Source of the DNA: Raja brachyura
Lineage: Eukaryota
Length of the DNA stretch: 64,000 bases
NCBI GenBank assembly: GCA_963514005.1
Contig: OY740784.1
Coordinates: 73,966,001 to 74,030,000 of the forward strand
Direction: 5' to 3'
Shown here: piece by piece, positions 61,662-64,000 of the stretch
Layout of the letters: each line of letters starts with the position of its first letter
How positions within the stretch are numbered: position 1 is the stretch's first letter
Program-made: the position numbers and the translations under genes
The notes under the pieces: generated by a model
Database searches by the model: none
Seen by the model: the letters and a program-made list of their open reading frames with translations, nothing else
What the model was told of the DNA's origin: nothing

Positions 61662-63922
61662 TATACTTTCAAACTGCATTAAGGGCACTGACAGGTCAGT
61701 AAAACCACTTACTGTTTAGCAGACATGTGTTCAGTGTTATTCACAGCTCAGACTGAGAGACATGACCCTCTCGCCCCCCCCCATCTTGCTGAGACTGACT
61801 GAGGCACTCAACACGTCCGGGTTTTATAGTCCCTCCGGATGGGGCGTGGCCATCAGGAGAGAGAATCTCAACATGTTTTAAACACTAATAACTCTTTTAT
61901 TTTTCATCAAAGGGAAAAATCCTCTTGTCCTGCGCAGCAGAGGGAGATTCTAAGATGGCCAAACATCATAACCGTAAGTGACAGCGTTTTTTCTAAAATC
62001 AATATACAGAACAACAGGAAGTGGTCAAGATCAAACTTTTAGTAATATATAGATATAGCTGAACATAGACACAAAATGCTTGAGCAACTCAGTGGGACAG
62101 GCAGCATCTCTGGATAAAAGGAATGGGTGACATTTTGGGTCGAGACTGAGAGTCAGGAGAGAGGAGACAGAGATATGGAAGGGTAAGGTGTTAAAACGAT
62201 ATATATGAATTGTTTGGATATCCTGCAGAACAAAGCTTTTCACTGTACTTCGGTACAGGTGACAGGAATAAACCTAAACCCAAACCTGAACCTAGAATTG
62301 TACAACACAGAAATGGGACCCTAGACCCTCAAATGCTACGGAATACCCTCTACTTGCCTAATTGAGTGCTGATTCAGGAATTCTCAAAAGGTTCACACTG
62401 AGGCAAGACAAAGCAGTCCACTGCATTGGCATTTGATCGACCATCCAAAATTTTTGCTCCCTCCAAAGGCTCACAGTGACTGCAAAAATATACAAACTAA
62501 CTCTATTCCTGCAGAGTCTTCAAATCTTGTGACCTCTGCCACCAGGAAAGAAAAAGTTGGGATGCGGTGGGGGGCACAAGAGGAACACCAACGTCGCAAG
62601 TTGTGCTCCCAGTTACTTACGTCCAGATTTGGAATATTGCATTTATAACCCATCGTTCATCGTTGCTCGAGTTGAATTTGGGAACAACCTAACCATAACA
62701 AGGGAACACCTTCATCAGTGGGACTGCAGCGGGTGCAAAAGGCGACTCGCCACCACCTTCTCAATGATGATGGTGGATGGATAATACCTGTTGGCCTCTT
62801 CAAAGACATCGGTTTTCAATCTATGAGTGAAGGAAAAGAGTGTTGACTGTTTATTTAAATTTGTGATTTCAATTGTAAATTGTCTCTAATAACACTGACA
62901 TATTGAATGCATTTTGTTTGATTAATATCTGTGATCATGTATTCTGAGAAGAACATATTTTTTAACCGTGACCGTGAAGCTAGCCTTTAAATAATCGCTA
63001 AACCTCTCACATTGGAGGAATATGGACCAAACACAGGCAGGTGGGCCAAGTACAGCTGGGACATGTTGGCCGGTGTACCACTGTGACTCTATTACAATGA
63101 GCGCAGTGAAGGGCTGTCTAGAGCAAGTCTGAACAATCCGTCACTTGAGGGCCGGGGACGGGGGGGGGGTGTATCTATCGTGATAATTCACTGGAATTTA
63201 GGATGAGAGGGGTTCTTATAGAAACATATAAAATCCTTAAAAGGATTGGACAGACTAGATACAGGAAAATGGTCCCGATGTTGAGGGAGTCCCGAACCAG
63301 GGGTCACGGTTTAGGAATAGGAATACTTTATCATCACATGTGACTAAGCACAGAGATTCTTTGCTTGCCTACACAATGTATACAAATAGCAGCCATTTAA
63401 GACTGAGATGAGGAAAAACCCCTTCACCCAGAGAGTTGGGAATCTGTGGAATTCTCTGCCACAGGCAGTGGAGGCCAATTCACTGGATGTTTTCAAGTGA
63501 GAGTTAGATTTATCTCTTCGGGCTAAAGGAATCAAGGGATATGGGGGAAAACAGGTACGGGGTACTGATTTTAGATGATCAGCCATGATCATATTGAATG
63601 GTGGTGCTGGCTCGAAGGGCCGAATGGCCTACTCCTGCACCTATTTTTCTATGTTTCTATGATAAACCCACAATCGTGTAGCTGGTGGAGCAGGCTCAAG
63701 AGGCCGACTCCTTCTCATAATTTCTTGATTAGTACAGGTGGCCGAGGGTATGGGGAGAGGGCAGGAGAATGGGATTGGGAGGGAGAGATGGTTCAGCTGT
63801 GATTAAATGGCGGAATCGACGATGGGCCGAATGGCCTAGTTTTGCTCCTATCACATGATCATAATTCTTATGGTCATTTCATCGCAGTACTGAGTGTTGC
63901 CTGGGACAGGCCAGTGTCGTTC

Positions 63923-63953
63923 TGCAATACCAGTTCCAGCCACTAGATGGCAG
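63923..63953 (+). promoter_or_regulatory. Candidate CTCF site (core plus upstream motif)
   Basis: TGCAATACC, short spacer, then cagCCACTAGATGGCAG. Confidence 0.6.
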
Positions 63954-64000
63954 GATATGTTTACTGATCGGAATTGGACAAAAACCACTGCGCTCCCCTC

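Larger units (their letters stand above)
60633..62053 (-). mobile_element. Non-autonomous Helitron-like element with internal minisatellites
   Basis: The minus-strand 5' end is A|TCTATATATTACTAAAAG. A second 5'-end module ends near 61420. The 3' CTAG/hairpin is degenerate. Confidence 0.55.

Noticed and set aside
57400-64000. Exons of the expected flanking gene AMPH, or further V segments
   Set aside because: No SH3/BAR-like peptide and no V motif with an RSS could be recognised.

Overview
This is vertebrate genomic DNA, not microbial. The repeat content (V-SINEs, CR1, Penelope-derived repeats) suggests a cartilaginous fish, most likely a skate or ray; that assignment is inference. The window holds the V-segment array of a T-cell receptor gamma (TRG) locus. 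There are seven apparently intact V gene segments, all on the minus strand. Each has a leader exon, a phase-1 intron, a V exon ending in the (Y/F)C-A-x-W motif, and a 23-bp-spacer RSS. They fall into about five families, with two paralog pairs. No J or C segments were found; they should lie left of position 1. The spacers are filled with transposable elements. An ~11-kb nested insertion holds a near-intact full-length CR1 LINE and an intact DIRS1-type tyrosine-recombinase retrotransposon (ITRs, ICR, ATT core, Dam-like methyltransferase domain). There is also a full-length degraded L1 with a 16-bp TSD, a Buster/Charlie-type hAT with an 8-bp TSD, a Helitron-like element, and Rex1, RTE and Penelope remnants. 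The most unusual observations are: splice signals in the DIRS that would form an intron across its circle junction; hammerhead-ribozyme cores in a dispersed short repeat; RSS spacers and 3' flanks more conserved than the V coding regions; candidate CTCF sites; and an inverted repeat pair enclosing the most distal V. All coordinates and identities were read or counted by eye; no database searches were run.
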